DNA of 64,000 bases. Origin: a virus. The translations under genes were made by a program, and so were the position numbers. Under the pieces are notes generated by a model. The model ran no database searches and was not told the origin of the DNA. It saw only the letters and a program-made list of their open reading frames with translations. Positions 15,887 through 25,139 of the stretch are shown here, one piece after another. How positions within the stretch are numbered: position 1 is the stretch's first letter; every line of letters begins with the position of its first letter. The stretch lies in the IMG/VR virus record IMGVR_UViG_3300008738_000302. The stretch is one strand, 5' to 3'.

Positions 15887-18103
15887 ATGAGTGATAAAGA
15901 AAAAGTTCTGAAACATTTTAATCCCATGAAACTTCGTGAAAAATATAGTGCGAAGAATTTTTCTAATAATAGAGGAAATAATTATTCTTCATTTTGGTTA
16001 GATAATGATTGGGATAGGTCATCTTCATTTTTTGATGATGAAGAAGAAAAACCTAAAGGACCAGATTTAATTGCATTAGCATCTTATAGAAGAGCTATTG
16101 CAAATTTTGTTAATATTGTAACAAGTAAAAATATTCCTGTTACTTTTAATTCAAGTGGAGATTCTTATACTGATGGTAAAAAAGTTGTTATATCATCGAA
16201 GTTAGATGATAAACTATTTGATAGTACAGTTGGATTAGCACTTCATGAAGGTTCTCATATTTTACTTTCAGATTTTGATTTTTTGAAACAACTTGAAGTT
16301 AATATTCCTAAAGAATATTATGATAGAGGTTTTGTTAAGGGTTATAATCAACATGAAGTTAAAGTTCATATTAAAAACTTATTAAACTTTGTAGAAGATA
16401 GACGAATTGATTATCATATCTTTAAAAACTCTCCTGGTTATAAAGGTTATTATCATTCAATGTATGATAAATATTTTAGAGCTAAAGTTGTTGATAAAGC
16501 ATTAAAATCTGATGAATATACTGATGAGAATTGGGATTCATATATTTTCAGAATTATTAATCTTACTAATACAAATACTAATTTAAAAGCAGTTAAGGGT
16601 TTAAAAAGTATTTGGAAAGTTGTTGATTTAAAAAACATTAATAGGTTAAAAAATACTGAAGATGCTTTTAATGTGGCTCTTGAAGTTTATAGTGTTATTT
16701 TAGATAATGTTCCTGATGGAAATGAAAAGACTAATAAAGATACTGGCGAAGTTTCTTATGAAAGAGCTGATGGAAGCGGTTCTACAGAAGGAAAAAATTC
16801 AGATTCTTCTGAAAACGCTCCTGAATCAAAAGAAATGTCAGATAAAGAATTTAAAGATTTTCTTGAAGCGGTAGAAGAAGGTAATACAGATTTTAATGAA
16901 TCTTCAATGAGTGGTGGTAGTGGTTCTGATGAAGGTAAGGAAAGTGGTAAAAAAGTTGGTGGTAGTAAAGTTTCTAATTCATCAAAATCTTCTGATGAAA
17001 GAACTCTTTCAGATTCACAGAAAAAACAATTAGAAAAAGCTATTACAAAACAAAAGAAATTTATGGAAGGTGAAATAACCAAAAAGAAAGTTTCTAAAAA
17101 AGATAAAGCTGCTATTGACGCCATAGAATCAGCAGGAATGAGTTATAAAGAAGTTGGTAAAGATTATAAAGAAAATTCTTATAGTGAAGGTGTTTCTAAA
17201 ACCAAATGTATTGTAGTTAAAAATCTTACTAAAGAACTTGTAGATAGTAGTACTATTGATATGTTGAGAAAATATTATTATAGAGAAGAAGAACAAGACG
17301 AAAATATTTCTGAAGGTTTAAGACTTGGAACTATTCTTGGTAGAAAACTTTCTGTTAGAACTGAATCAAGAGATACTAAGTATACAAGAAAGAATACAGG
17401 AAGAATTGATAAAAGATTAATTGCTGAATTGGGTTTTGGTAGTGATAATGTTTTTAGTCAAACTTTCGTGGATAGTTATCCTGACGCTTTTCTTCACATT
17501 TCAGTTGACGCTAGTGGTTCTATGGGTGGAGATAAATGGAATAAAACCATTAAGTCAGTTGTAGCGATGGTTAAAGCTATTGATATGATTGAGGGTGTGG
17601 ATGTGGTTGTTTCTTTCCGTTCTACTCAGAGAAATAGTTCGAATAGAAGAAGAAGTAGTAGTAGTGGTGATTATCCTATTATGTTAATCGCTTATGATTC
17701 TCGTAAAGATAGTTTGGTTAAAGTTAAAACTTTATGGAAATATATTTCAATTTGTGGAACTACTCCTGAAGGATTATGTTTTGAAGCGGTTATGGATGAA
17801 ATGGTAGAAGGTATGAATGATAGAGAATCTTACTTTCTAAACTTTTCAGATGGAATGCCAATGTTTAGTAATGATGAAGTTAGTTATTATTATGATTCGG
17901 CTTTAAATCATACTAAGTCAATGGTAAAGAAAATTAAAGAACGTGGTGTTCAGGTTCTGTCTTATTACATTGGAGATTCTTATGATAGACGGGATAACAT
18001 GAAAGATTTTAAAACAATGTATGGTAAAGATTCACAATTTGTAGATGTAACTTCCGTAACGGCTGTTGCAAGAACAATGAATAAAAAATTCTTAGAAAAA
18101 TAA
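15887..18103 (+). CDS. HExxH metallopeptidase-like plus C-terminal vWA domain protein (CobT/MoxR-partner-like)
   Basis: GLALHEGSH, FVEDRRID, an S/G/E-rich linker, MIDAS DASGS, GTTPEG, NFSDGMP. Confidence 0.75.
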   Translation: MSDKEKVLKHFNPMKLREKYSAKNFSNNRGNNYSSFWLDNDWDRSSSFFDDEEEKPKGPDLIALASYRRAIANFVNIVTSKNIPVTFNSSGDSYTDGKKVVISSKLDDKLFDSTVGLALHEGSHILLSDFDFLKQLEVNIPKEYYDRGFVKGYNQHEVKVHIKNLLNFVEDRRIDYHIFKNSPGYKGYYHSMYDKYFRAKVVDKALKSDEYTDENWDSYIFRIINLTNTNTNLKAVKGLKSIWKVVDLKNINRLKNTEDAFNVALEVYSVILDNVPDGNEKTNKDTGEVSYERADGSGSTEGKNSDSSENAPESKEMSDKEFKDFLEAVEEGNTDFNESSMSGGSGSDEGKESGKKVGGSKVSNSSKSSDERTLSDSQKKQLEKAITKQKKFMEGEITKKKVSKKDKAAIDAIESAGMSYKEVGKDYKENSYSEGVSKTKCIVVKNLTKELVDSSTIDMLRKYYYREEEQDENISEGLRLGTILGRKLSVRTESRDTKYTRKNTGRIDKRLIAELGFGSDNVFSQTFVDSYPDAFLHISVDASGSMGGDKWNKTIKSVVAMVKAIDMIEGVDVVVSFRSTQRNSSNRRRSSSSGDYPIMLIAYDSRKDSLVKVKTLWKYISICGTTPEGLCFEAVMDEMVEGMNDRESYFLNFSDGMPMFSNDEVSYYYDSALNHTKSMVKKIKERGVQVLSYYIGDSYDRRDNMKDFKTMYGKDSQFVDVTSVTAVARTMNKKFLEK

Positions 18104-18206
18104 AAAAAGGAAATAACATGGAAAGACTAAAAGAGTTTGGAACATTATTATTTATGTTTTTTGTATTTTATGTTTTTATAGTTATTGGAAACGTGTAGGA
18201 GTTAAA

Positions 18207-18401
18207 ATGACAAAAGAAGAGATTCTAACAGAATTAGAATCAATTGGTTATCAACTAGATTCAACATCTAATGGTTTTGTTGAAAATGATTCTGATTTAA
18301 GTGGTGCAAAAACTGATTTAAATTGTTTGATTGACAATTTAGAAAAAAAAGTGATCGCAGAAAATTTAAAATATGAAGATATTCAGATAGATGGGTGCTG
18401 A
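18207..18401 (+). CDS. Hypothetical acidic protein
   Basis: AGGAG RBS; coding-like composition. Confidence 0.55.
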   Translation: MTKEEILTELESIGYQLDSTSNGFVENDSDLSGAKTDLNCLIDNLEKKVIAENLKYEDIQIDGC

Positions 18402-18813
18402 TATGAGATTACCAAGTAAAAAAGAAGTAAAAGCTATTAAAGAATCTAGTAGAAAAAAAGTTTATTCGAAATCTGATAAAGTTGTAGCACAGATGGAAGA
18501 AGAATGGCCAGAAATGACTAAAGAGTTTAAAAGATTACAACATGAACAATATGTGTTGTTCTTACATAAGCAACATGATTATGGTCCAGGTAATATAAGT
18601 GTTGGCACACAATTAAAAACAGCTGAAGATATTAAACTATCTTTAATGGGTTTGTGGTTTAGAATGAATGATAAGATTCAAAGATTGAAAACTTTATTGA
18701 TGAGTGGTAGAAATAATGCAGTAGAGGGCGAACCTATGGAAGATGCTTTTCTCGATGTATCTAATTATGGTATAATGGCAACAATTGTAAAAAATGGAAA
18801 GTGGGGTAAATAA
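18391..18813 (+). CDS. Nucleotide-modification-associated domain 1 (DUF1599/MazG-like all-alpha)
   Basis: KQHDYGPGNI, RMNDKIQRL, EDAFLDVSNYGIMA. Confidence 0.7.
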   Translation: MGADMRLPSKKEVKAIKESSRKKVYSKSDKVVAQMEEEWPEMTKEFKRLQHEQYVLFLHKQHDYGPGNISVGTQLKTAEDIKLSLMGLWFRMNDKIQRLKTLLMSGRNNAVEGEPMEDAFLDVSNYGIMATIVKNGKWGK

Positions 18814-19256
18814 TGGTACGTAAACAGAAAATAACATATCATAGTTATTATGAAGGTAGTATAAGATATTTGGCTTGTAGTGTATGTGGACATTATCAAA
18901 GTGTGGGTGAAGAAGCAGTTGCAGTAAAATGTAGTAATTGTACTGCAAGATATATGATGTCTAAGTTTCCACCTGAAGAAAATAAGTCAACATATAAACC
19001 TACAGGTCGTCCACCAGGATGGCATTGGATGGCAGAGTTTGTTGATAAAGATGGTAATGTATTTCATAGAGGTAAAGAACAACCTAAGTTAAAAGGTACT
19101 TTAGCGCCAACTAAAGTGAAAGAACCAAAGAAAAAAACTAAGCGTCGTTCACAGGATGAGATACTTGTAGCAAAGTATAAAGAAAAACAAGCATTGAAAA
19201 GAGCAATTAAGAAACAGAAGAAGTTTCTTAATCATGATATAGATAAGAATAAATAA
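18813..19256 (+). CDS. Zn-ribbon protein with basic C-terminus
   Basis: CSVCG...CSNC; GRPPGWHWM. Confidence 0.55.
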   Translation: MVRKQKITYHSYYEGSIRYLACSVCGHYQSVGEEAVAVKCSNCTARYMMSKFPPEENKSTYKPTGRPPGWHWMAEFVDKDGNVFHRGKEQPKLKGTLAPTKVKEPKKKTKRRSQDEILVAKYKEKQALKRAIKKQKKFLNHDIDKNK

Positions 19257-19840
19257 TGACAAAAGAAGAATTACAATTGTCGTGGACTAAATCACAATAT
19301 AATCCTATGTCAAATAATGAGATTCTTATAGATCAGTTGTTGTTTGAAATTGCTAATGATTCAAATTCATCTTCTTTTAGAGAAGGAGTAACCAAATTAC
19401 AATTAGGATTATTGAAATCGGAATCAAAGCATGGGTATGATGATGATTTTTCAGCTATTGAAGTGAAACCACAAAACTTTTCTGGTAAAAGTAAAGTTAA
19501 TGGGGCTGGAAATTTTAATGATATGACTTGGAGGCGGCATAAGAAATATTTAAATGAAGAAATGATTTTATTAAAATCTGGATTTTATTATGGAAAATTA
19601 ATTTTCATTACAAAATTTAAATATGAAATAATTGCACCTAAAATAGAACAACGTTTAATGAAATTTCTTCCTGATGGTGATCAAGTTGGAAAGTATGATA
19701 GGTGGGGAACATTTACAGTAGATGATTGGAAATTAGATTATAAGTTAGAATATCTTTCCCCAAATATTGAAAAGTATCAGAGTGGAATGACAGGTAAGTT
19801 ATATAACATACTTAATGAAAGGAATTATAATGGCTCGTAA
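19256..19840 (+). CDS. Possible PD-(D/E)xK nuclease
   Basis: KHGYD...IEVK arrangement. Confidence 0.4.
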   Translation: MTKEELQLSWTKSQYNPMSNNEILIDQLLFEIANDSNSSSFREGVTKLQLGLLKSESKHGYDDDFSAIEVKPQNFSGKSKVNGAGNFNDMTWRRHKKYLNEEMILLKSGFYYGKLIFITKFKYEIIAPKIEQRLMKFLPDGDQVGKYDRWGTFTVDDWKLDYKLEYLSPNIEKYQSGMTGKLYNILNERNYNGS

Positions 19841-20039
19841 AAAGAAAAAGAAAGTTATACCGTTTCACATAAAACATAATTTAAAACAATATATGTTATT
19901 AGATGGTACTAGATATTGGGCAGCGGATGATGAAGATGCTTTGTTATATAGAAATTTTGTTTTAAAGTTAAAGGGACCTGAAGTGGCAGGGATTTTCACA
20001 AATGGAATGTTATTTAAGGAAGTAGGAGTAGATGTATAA
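19830..20039 (+). CDS. Hypothetical basic protein
   Basis: ATG 19830 with AAGGA RBS (MARKKKKK...). Confidence 0.5.
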   Translation: MARKKKKKVIPFHIKHNLKQYMLLDGTRYWAADDEDALLYRNFVLKLKGPEVAGIFTNGMLFKEVGVDV

Positions 20040-20323
20040 TGCCACCAGATTATAATACACATGGGTCTTGGGTAAAGAGTAACCCAAGAAAAGGTGTGGA
20101 TAGGATCTTAAAAAAGATTAAACATTTAAGAACAACTTTTTTACAATTTGCTCAAGAAAGATCAATGCCTGGCGCATGGACATCTGAAATGAATAGAGAT
20201 TTTGAATTTATTGAGCAAATGGAAACAGATTATGCAATTCGCCACAAATTACTTCCAGGTGATATGCGACATTGTAATAAACTATATAATTACTATAGTA
20301 TAATTTATGCAAAAAATAATTAA
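20039..20323 (+). CDS. Hypothetical protein
   Basis: Coupled ORF (TAATG). Confidence 0.5.
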   Translation: MPPDYNTHGSWVKSNPRKGVDRILKKIKHLRTTFLQFAQERSMPGAWTSEMNRDFEFIEQMETDYAIRHKLLPGDMRHCNKLYNYYSIIYAKNN

Positions 20324-20900
20324 TTGTTTCAAAGAAGACAATCCAGTTATAAATAAAAAACTGAGGAAGGTTTCAATAGATGAAGGACTTAAAATTGCCG
20401 AGATTTTATTCACTACACTCAATGAGAGGAAAGATGGAATTGGTCTTGCGGCTAACCAAGTGGGTATTGATGCTAGTGTTGCTGTGGTTAATGTTAGGGA
20501 GCCGCTTATTCTAATTAATCCTGTTATTAAAGAACAATGGGATGAGATAGATTATTATGAGGGTTGTTTAAGTTATCCAAAAAAAGGTGTACACACTAAA
20601 CGATATAAAAATGTAGTTATTAAAACTGAACAAGAAGAATGTGATTGGTATTTTAGTGGTGCAGAAAATCCGTCAAAGGGAACAGGTAGTTGGGAAGAAT
20701 TAGATAATAATAAACAAGATGAGGAATTACGAATACTTGAATCAGTTTGTATTCAACATGAAATTGATCATTTAAATGGTGTATCTTGTATTGATAAAGC
20801 AATAGATATTACTGTTAAAGTTGAAAAGAAGCCAGGTAGAAATGAACCTTGTCATTGTGGTAGTGGTAAGAAATATAAAAAATGTTGTATAAAAAAATGA
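20307..20900 (+). CDS. def: Peptide deformylase with C-terminal SEC-C Zn motif
   Basis: GIGLAANQVG, EGCLS, QHEIDHLNG; C-terminal GRNEPCHCGSGKKYKKCC. Confidence 0.92.
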   Translation: MQKIINCFKEDNPVINKKLRKVSIDEGLKIAEILFTTLNERKDGIGLAANQVGIDASVAVVNVREPLILINPVIKEQWDEIDYYEGCLSYPKKGVHTKRYKNVVIKTEQEECDWYFSGAENPSKGTGSWEELDNNKQDEELRILESVCIQHEIDHLNGVSCIDKAIDITVKVEKKPGRNEPCHCGSGKKYKKCCIKK

Positions 20901-21043
20901 ATAAAGTTATTTGGATAATATGGTTATTGTTAACAATAGCATGGCATTATTATTTTCCAAATGCTATACCATTTGATGATGTGGCTGTTGCAACTATTTT
21001 ATCTATATTCGCAATTTATGTACATAGGAATTTCACATCTTAG
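20897..21043 (+). CDS. Small two-TM membrane protein (48 aa), not in ORF track
   Basis: MNKVIWIIWLLLTIAWHYYFPNAIPFDDVAVATILSIFAIYVHRNFTS*; ATGA overlap with def. Confidence 0.55.
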   Translation: MNKVIWIIWLLLTIAWHYYFPNAIPFDDVAVATILSIFAIYVHRNFTS

Positions 21044-21165
21044 AAAGAGAAAAATTAATAATAAAATTAGAAGATTTACGAACACGAATAGAAACGTGGG
21101 CGGCTGAATATGGTTATGAAAATATCAGTAACGCTAATGAGACTCGTAATGATGAAGGTGAAATA

Positions 21166-21351
21166 GTGTGGAGTCGTACTGATTGGGCATATGTTGATGA
21201 CTTACATAATGGTCTTATTAATAATGACGAATATTATTATGGTAAAAAAACATTGGAAGATTTAAATAGATTGTGGAAAAAATATTCAATGGTAGAAACT
21301 TGGAAAAGAGAAGAAGTATTTAGAAAAGCAAAAAAAGAAGTTTTTGATTGA
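21166..21351 (+). CDS. Hypothetical protein (frame open upstream to 21028)
   Basis: Coding-like sequence continues upstream of the GTG; the start is uncertain. Confidence 0.45.
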   Translation: MWSRTDWAYVDDLHNGLINNDEYYYGKKTLEDLNRLWKKYSMVETWKREEVFRKAKKEVFD

Positions 21352-21536
21352 TTAAATGGGTTATAAACAAGTGGTATAAACATAGTCCTATGTGTGTATG
21401 TGGATATAGAATGAAACCTAATGATAAAAGAAAATTCCAAACAGAAGATAGTTGGGAATGTTTATTTACTAAAAAATGTGGTTGGGAAACATATCAGACT
21501 TTAAATGGTAAATTACATTGGTTGAGAAAAAATTGA
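21348..21536 (+). CDS. Small Zn-ribbon-like protein
   Basis: CVCG...WECLFTKKCGW. Confidence 0.45.
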   Translation: MIKWVINKWYKHSPMCVCGYRMKPNDKRKFQTEDSWECLFTKKCGWETYQTLNGKLHWLRKN

Positions 21537-22342
21537 AGATAGCTATTTGTGGAGATAGTTTTGGTGCTACTGTATCTGAACGGTCATGGCCTTCATTATT
21601 ACAAGAAGAATATGATGCAGAAATAGTATGTAGAGGAGAAAAAGGTTGGAGTTTATTTCATGCATATGAGAGATTATTAGAAAATATTGATGGAGTAGAT
21701 TATATTATATTTTGTATTACAGACCCAAGTAGATTATCTAGTCCTTTTAAAGTACCAATTTCAGTTGGCGACATTTATGATAATAAAGCTTATGAACATT
21801 TTGATAAGAAAAAATTTCATATTCATAAACATGGAATTCCATCTACAAGATTTAATGCTGAAGAATTACGAACTGCTATAAAATATTATTATAAAATGTT
21901 ATATGATGATACTTATATGGAAATTGTACAAAAAGGATTATTGAAAGAAATAGAAGATGTTGTAAAAGATTATAAATGTATATTTTTAAAAAGTTTTAAT
22001 ACTAGCTTTCCAAGTGATTATATTCCAAAAAAAGTAGTTTGGGGAAATTTAAATTTATATCAAGATATTTCTTTAAAAGAAGTTGGGTTAATGTCAAAAG
22101 AAGAAATAGAATTTATGGGTGATAAAGGATTATATTTTATGGGCGATCCAAGATTAAATCATATAAATGAAGAAAATAATTATAATTTGTTTTCCGTTTT
22201 GAGAGATATTATAGATGAAGATAATTGGGATTCAAGAGAAGTGAATATGGATAAATACTTTTCACATTTAGATGGAGTTACAGAAAAACAAATTAAAAAT
22301 GCAGTTAATAAAATTTCAAAGAAAAGTAGGATTAAACATTGA
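21518..22342 (+). CDS. SGNH/GDSL-like hydrolase-fold protein
   Basis: IAICGDSF, SWP..L, DPRLNH. Confidence 0.5.
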   Translation: MVEKKLKIAICGDSFGATVSERSWPSLLQEEYDAEIVCRGEKGWSLFHAYERLLENIDGVDYIIFCITDPSRLSSPFKVPISVGDIYDNKAYEHFDKKKFHIHKHGIPSTRFNAEELRTAIKYYYKMLYDDTYMEIVQKGLLKEIEDVVKDYKCIFLKSFNTSFPSDYIPKKVVWGNLNLYQDISLKEVGLMSKEEIEFMGDKGLYFMGDPRLNHINEENNYNLFSVLRDIIDEDNWDSREVNMDKYFSHLDGVTEKQIKNAVNKISKKSRIKH

Positions 22343-22454
22343 TAAAAACATTTTTTATTAGCACAGTAGTTTTAATTATAGTATTAACATGGCTTACTGA
22401 AAGAGATTGGGGTAAGAAAAAAACAAAGTGGAATAAAAGAAAGAAGAGATACGA

Positions 22455-22922
22455 ATGATATTGTGGTTTACAGGACAGCCAGGTAGTGGTAAAACAACAT
22501 TGGCAAAAAGATTTATAGATGATAAGTTAATTAATTTTATGAAAGTGAATCCAAAAGATATTATTCATATTGATGGTGAAGAATTGCGAAACGTAACAAA
22601 TAATAAAAATTTAACAAAACCAGGTCGTATATGGAATATAAAATTAGCTATTAATATGGCAAGGTTTTTAGATAATAAAGGTTATATAGTAATAGCATCA
22701 TTAGTTTCACCATATAGAGATTTACGAGAAGAATTAAAAATGGAAAGAAATATAGCAGAGTTCTATTTACATACAACAGAAATACGCGGAAAAGAATCTT
22801 ATTTTGTAAGTGATTATGAACCACCATTACATAACTTTACAGATTTAGATACAGATAAACCAATAGAGGAATGTTTAGATGAAATACTCGCTGTTTATAG
22901 GAAAATGGCAGCCGTGGCATAA
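22455..22922 (+). CDS. cysC: Adenylylsulfate (APS) kinase
   Basis: WFTGQPGSGKTT P-loop, IHIDGEELR, SLVSPYRDLRE, YEPP. Confidence 0.85.
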   Translation: MILWFTGQPGSGKTTLAKRFIDDKLINFMKVNPKDIIHIDGEELRNVTNNKNLTKPGRIWNIKLAINMARFLDNKGYIVIASLVSPYRDLREELKMERNIAEFYLHTTEIRGKESYFVSDYEPPLHNFTDLDTDKPIEECLDEILAVYRKMAAVA

Positions 22923-23211
22923 AGGTCATAAGTGGTTGATAGAACAAAGATTAAAGTTAGGTAAAAATATTTTGATAGGAATAAGAGAAATAGAAAATCC
23001 TAAATATACGCCAAGAGAAATTATGATACAAATATTTCATGAGTTTCCAAATGAAGTAAATGATGGAACGATTGATTTTGTAGAATTACCTGATATAGAG
23101 TCTATTAATTATGGAAGAGAAGTTGGATACGATATAATTGAGCATGAACCACCTGAAGATATAAAAAGAATCTCGGGAACAAAAATAAGGAATCAACGTG
23201 GAGATAAATGA
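22879..23211 (+). CDS. Minimal HxGH nucleotidyltransferase (cytidyltransferase-like)
   Basis: FIGKWQPWHKGH and ISGTKIR signature motifs; 110 aa. Confidence 0.75.
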   Translation: MKYSLFIGKWQPWHKGHKWLIEQRLKLGKNILIGIREIENPKYTPREIMIQIFHEFPNEVNDGTIDFVELPDIESINYGREVGYDIIEHEPPEDIKRISGTKIRNQRGDK

Positions 23212-23341
23212 AATTAAAGAAAAATTAGAAGAAGCTTTGGAAGCAGAAAATTGGGATATTATAATTGAAATAATTGGTGATCTTGAAACACAAGAGCATT
23301 ATGTAAACCCATATGACGCTTATGATGAAGATGAAATATAG
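23198..23341 (+). CDS. Small acidic protein (47 aa), not in ORF track
   Basis: GTG start after AAGG; MEINEIKEKLEEALEAENWDIII...DEDEI*. Confidence 0.45.
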   Translation: MEINEIKEKLEEALEAENWDIIIEIIGDLETQEHYVNPYDAYDEDEI

Positions 23342-23400
23342 AAGAATAATTGGCAAATTAGAAATGTTAAATGATAATTATTAATAATAAGGAGTTAAAT

Positions 23401-23910
23401 ATGAACAATGTTAAGTGGTTCACAATATTAGCTATGTCAATGTTAATCGTTAATATAGTTGGACTAGAAAAAATATTAAGTTTATATAAAGAGAGGGAGT
23501 TAAAAGTTATTGAATCATTAGTGATGAAAAGTGATTCTTTAACACAAGAACTTAGGAAATACGAGGAGTATGGAGTGGCTGTTAAAGTAACTATGTACCA
23601 ACCTGTTCGTTATCAGACCGATTCTACACCGAACATTCTCGCAGATGGAACGCGCATTCGAGCACAAAGTGCTTCAGATTACAAATATATAGCGGTGAGT
23701 AGAAATCTTCTGAAACGATGGGGTGGTTTTTTAGATTATGGTGATTTTGTACTTTTAAAAGGAACTGATAATAAAGATGGTGTATATCAAGTTAGAGATA
23801 CTATGGCAGCACGTTGGGTAAATCGTATTGATATTTTGGAATCAGTACACGTTGATCCATATATGTATCCTAAAGCTGAGATAGTTAGATTAAATTGGAC
23901 TATGAATTAA
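23401..23910 (+). CDS. 3D-domain (MltA-like) peptidoglycan hydrolase with N-terminal signal anchor
   Basis: VTMYQP..QTDSTP.ILADG, IAVSRNLL, VRDTM, RIDIL; N-terminal TM; AAGGAG RBS before 23401. Confidence 0.8.
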   Translation: MNNVKWFTILAMSMLIVNIVGLEKILSLYKERELKVIESLVMKSDSLTQELRKYEEYGVAVKVTMYQPVRYQTDSTPNILADGTRIRAQSASDYKYIAVSRNLLKRWGGFLDYGDFVLLKGTDNKDGVYQVRDTMAARWVNRIDILESVHVDPYMYPKAEIVRLNWTMN

Positions 23911-23936
23911 ATCAATAATAAAATAAAGGTTGTAAT

Positions 23937-25139
23937 TTGGGATTTAACATAGAAGGTTTTTTCGATATTTCTACAGATTTTCCTTATGATGAGGAAAAAC
24001 AATCGTTTATTGATCACATGAACTCATTAAAAGAAATGACAGTTCAAGAACAAACACTTTATAAAAAATGGAAAGAGTGGAATTATGATCCTTATGGTAT
24101 GACACAAAAGGGTACTAAGATAGATTTAGCTAAAAAACAATTGTGGATGCCAAAAGATATTAATGATTTAGAGGGAACTTTTGAAGAGATAAAAAGTATA
24201 ATACCAATAGCAATACCTGTAAAACAAGGTGATGCTAAAGCAAATGATGCTTGGTCAGTTACACGAAGATTAATTCACACAATGGAATTCACAGCCAATC
24301 CTGGCAGAAATCTTAAATTTTATGTTAAAGATAAAACAACAAACAAAATACTTGGATTAATATGTTTAGGTAGTGATGTTATTGCATTAAGAGTTAGAGA
24401 TAAATGGATTGGTTGGTCAAAAGAAAATAGATTAGATGGTGGGTTATTAAATCATACTGCTATTGCTACTACAATTTGTTCTACACAACCATTCGGATAT
24501 AATTTCTTAGGTGGTAAGTTGATTGCTACTATGGTAAATTCTAAAGTAGTTCGTGATGAATGGGAAAAAGTTTATAATCAAAAATTAGTTGGATTTACAA
24601 CAACATCACTTTATGGTATACATTCGATGTATAATGGAATTCCACATTGGAAGGGATTAGGAGAATCTACAGGAAGAATTGGTTTAAAACCTGATGATGA
24701 ATATTATGATAAGTGGCATGAATGGATTAAAGAAAATAGAGCAGAAGAATATAAAAAGAAAATAGAATCTAAAGGTGGAAAATCAGGACCTGTAACAGGA
24801 ATCAAACAAAGAATTTTAAGTATTATATTAAATGAAATTGGTATATCACAAACTAAATACCAACATGGATTTAAACGTGGTGTATTTTTTTCAGAGTTAT
24901 ATGATAATACAAGACCATTTCTAAGAGGTGAGATAAAAGAAGATGAATTGGTTTTGAAAAAAAGATTAGAAAATGATGTAGATGGTATAACAAAATGGTG
25001 GTGTAAAAAGGGATTAAAAAGATATTTTAAGTTATACGAACAAAATAGATTAAAACCTGAAATGTTATTCTATGCAGATATGATAGATAAGTCTTGGAAA
25101 GAAGCACAAGAAAAATACTTAGGAGAAGTTGGTAGATGA
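23937..25139 (+). CDS. DruA/DUF4338-like protein
   Basis: GRNLKFYVKD...LGLICLGSDVI.L.VRDKWIGW, PFGYNFLGGKLIA, TTTSLYG..SMYN. Confidence 0.65.
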   Translation: MGFNIEGFFDISTDFPYDEEKQSFIDHMNSLKEMTVQEQTLYKKWKEWNYDPYGMTQKGTKIDLAKKQLWMPKDINDLEGTFEEIKSIIPIAIPVKQGDAKANDAWSVTRRLIHTMEFTANPGRNLKFYVKDKTTNKILGLICLGSDVIALRVRDKWIGWSKENRLDGGLLNHTAIATTICSTQPFGYNFLGGKLIATMVNSKVVRDEWEKVYNQKLVGFTTTSLYGIHSMYNGIPHWKGLGESTGRIGLKPDDEYYDKWHEWIKENRAEEYKKKIESKGGKSGPVTGIKQRILSIILNEIGISQTKYQHGFKRGVFFSELYDNTRPFLRGEIKEDELVLKKRLENDVDGITKWWCKKGLKRYFKLYEQNRLKPEMLFYADMIDKSWKEAQEKYLGEVGR

